From contig NC_043015.1 in NCBI RefSeq assembly GCF_006345805.1, forward strand, positions 29,760,001 to 29,824,000: a stretch of 64,000 nt of DNA. Reading direction: 5' to 3'. The position numbers and the translations under genes are program-made. Under the pieces are notes generated by a model, which saw only the letters and a program-made list of their open reading frames with translations, did not search any database and was not told the DNA's origin. Shown here one piece after another: positions 63,711 to 64,000 of the stretch. Source of the DNA: Octopus sinensis (lineage: Eukaryota). Every line of letters begins with the position of its first letter. Position 1 is the first letter of the stretch.

Positions 63711-64000
63711 ATTACATTTTTGACTAAAATACTTCAGCTTCCATTAGAGTGAATAAAGTTCAAGGCAGCCTTGTATAATTTCAGTTAATGCCACCATCAA
63801 CTGCTAACAAGAAGAAAAGTGAACAAAAAAATTAAAAAAATTTTTTTTTTTAATTCTTTGAAATTAAGCTTGGTTTTCAATCTCTTTTCTTTATGACTTT
63901 TCCACACATTCATTTTTTAATTAACAAAGAACAAGGCGTTCTTTACGAGTTTGGAAGTGTTGGTTCTATGTCTAATTACCATGGCAGCTGGTTAGTGTGG

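Overview
AT-rich, microsatellite- and retroposon-dense animal genomic DNA. The SINE/LINE content points to an octopus (inferred from family resemblance, no database search). Two spliced protein-coding genes lie on the minus strand. (1) An extended short-chain dehydrogenase/reductase of the DFR/CCR/GRE2-like NAD(P)-dependent epimerase family has frame-consistent exons at 5690-5903, 2073-2254 and 207-341 and runs off the left edge. Its probable first coding exon (MAAANDSP) is about 34 kb upstream at 40153-40177. (2) WDR53 has one large coding exon at 58050-59168, and its ATG is the last three bases of an upstream exon (62078-62080). The rest is tRNA-derived SINEs (two main families, here A and B), 5'-truncated RTE and CR1 LINE ends, several MITE types, Penelope-like ends carrying hammerhead ribozyme motifs, long simple repeats and a 100-N gap. 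Most notable are a hammerhead with a perfect catalytic core (51865-51947, minus), a SINE subfamily that repeatedly inserts at GGTA sites including inside itself, a SINE flanked by a roughly 128-bp duplication, and an SDR whose cofactor-binding residues are unusually altered.
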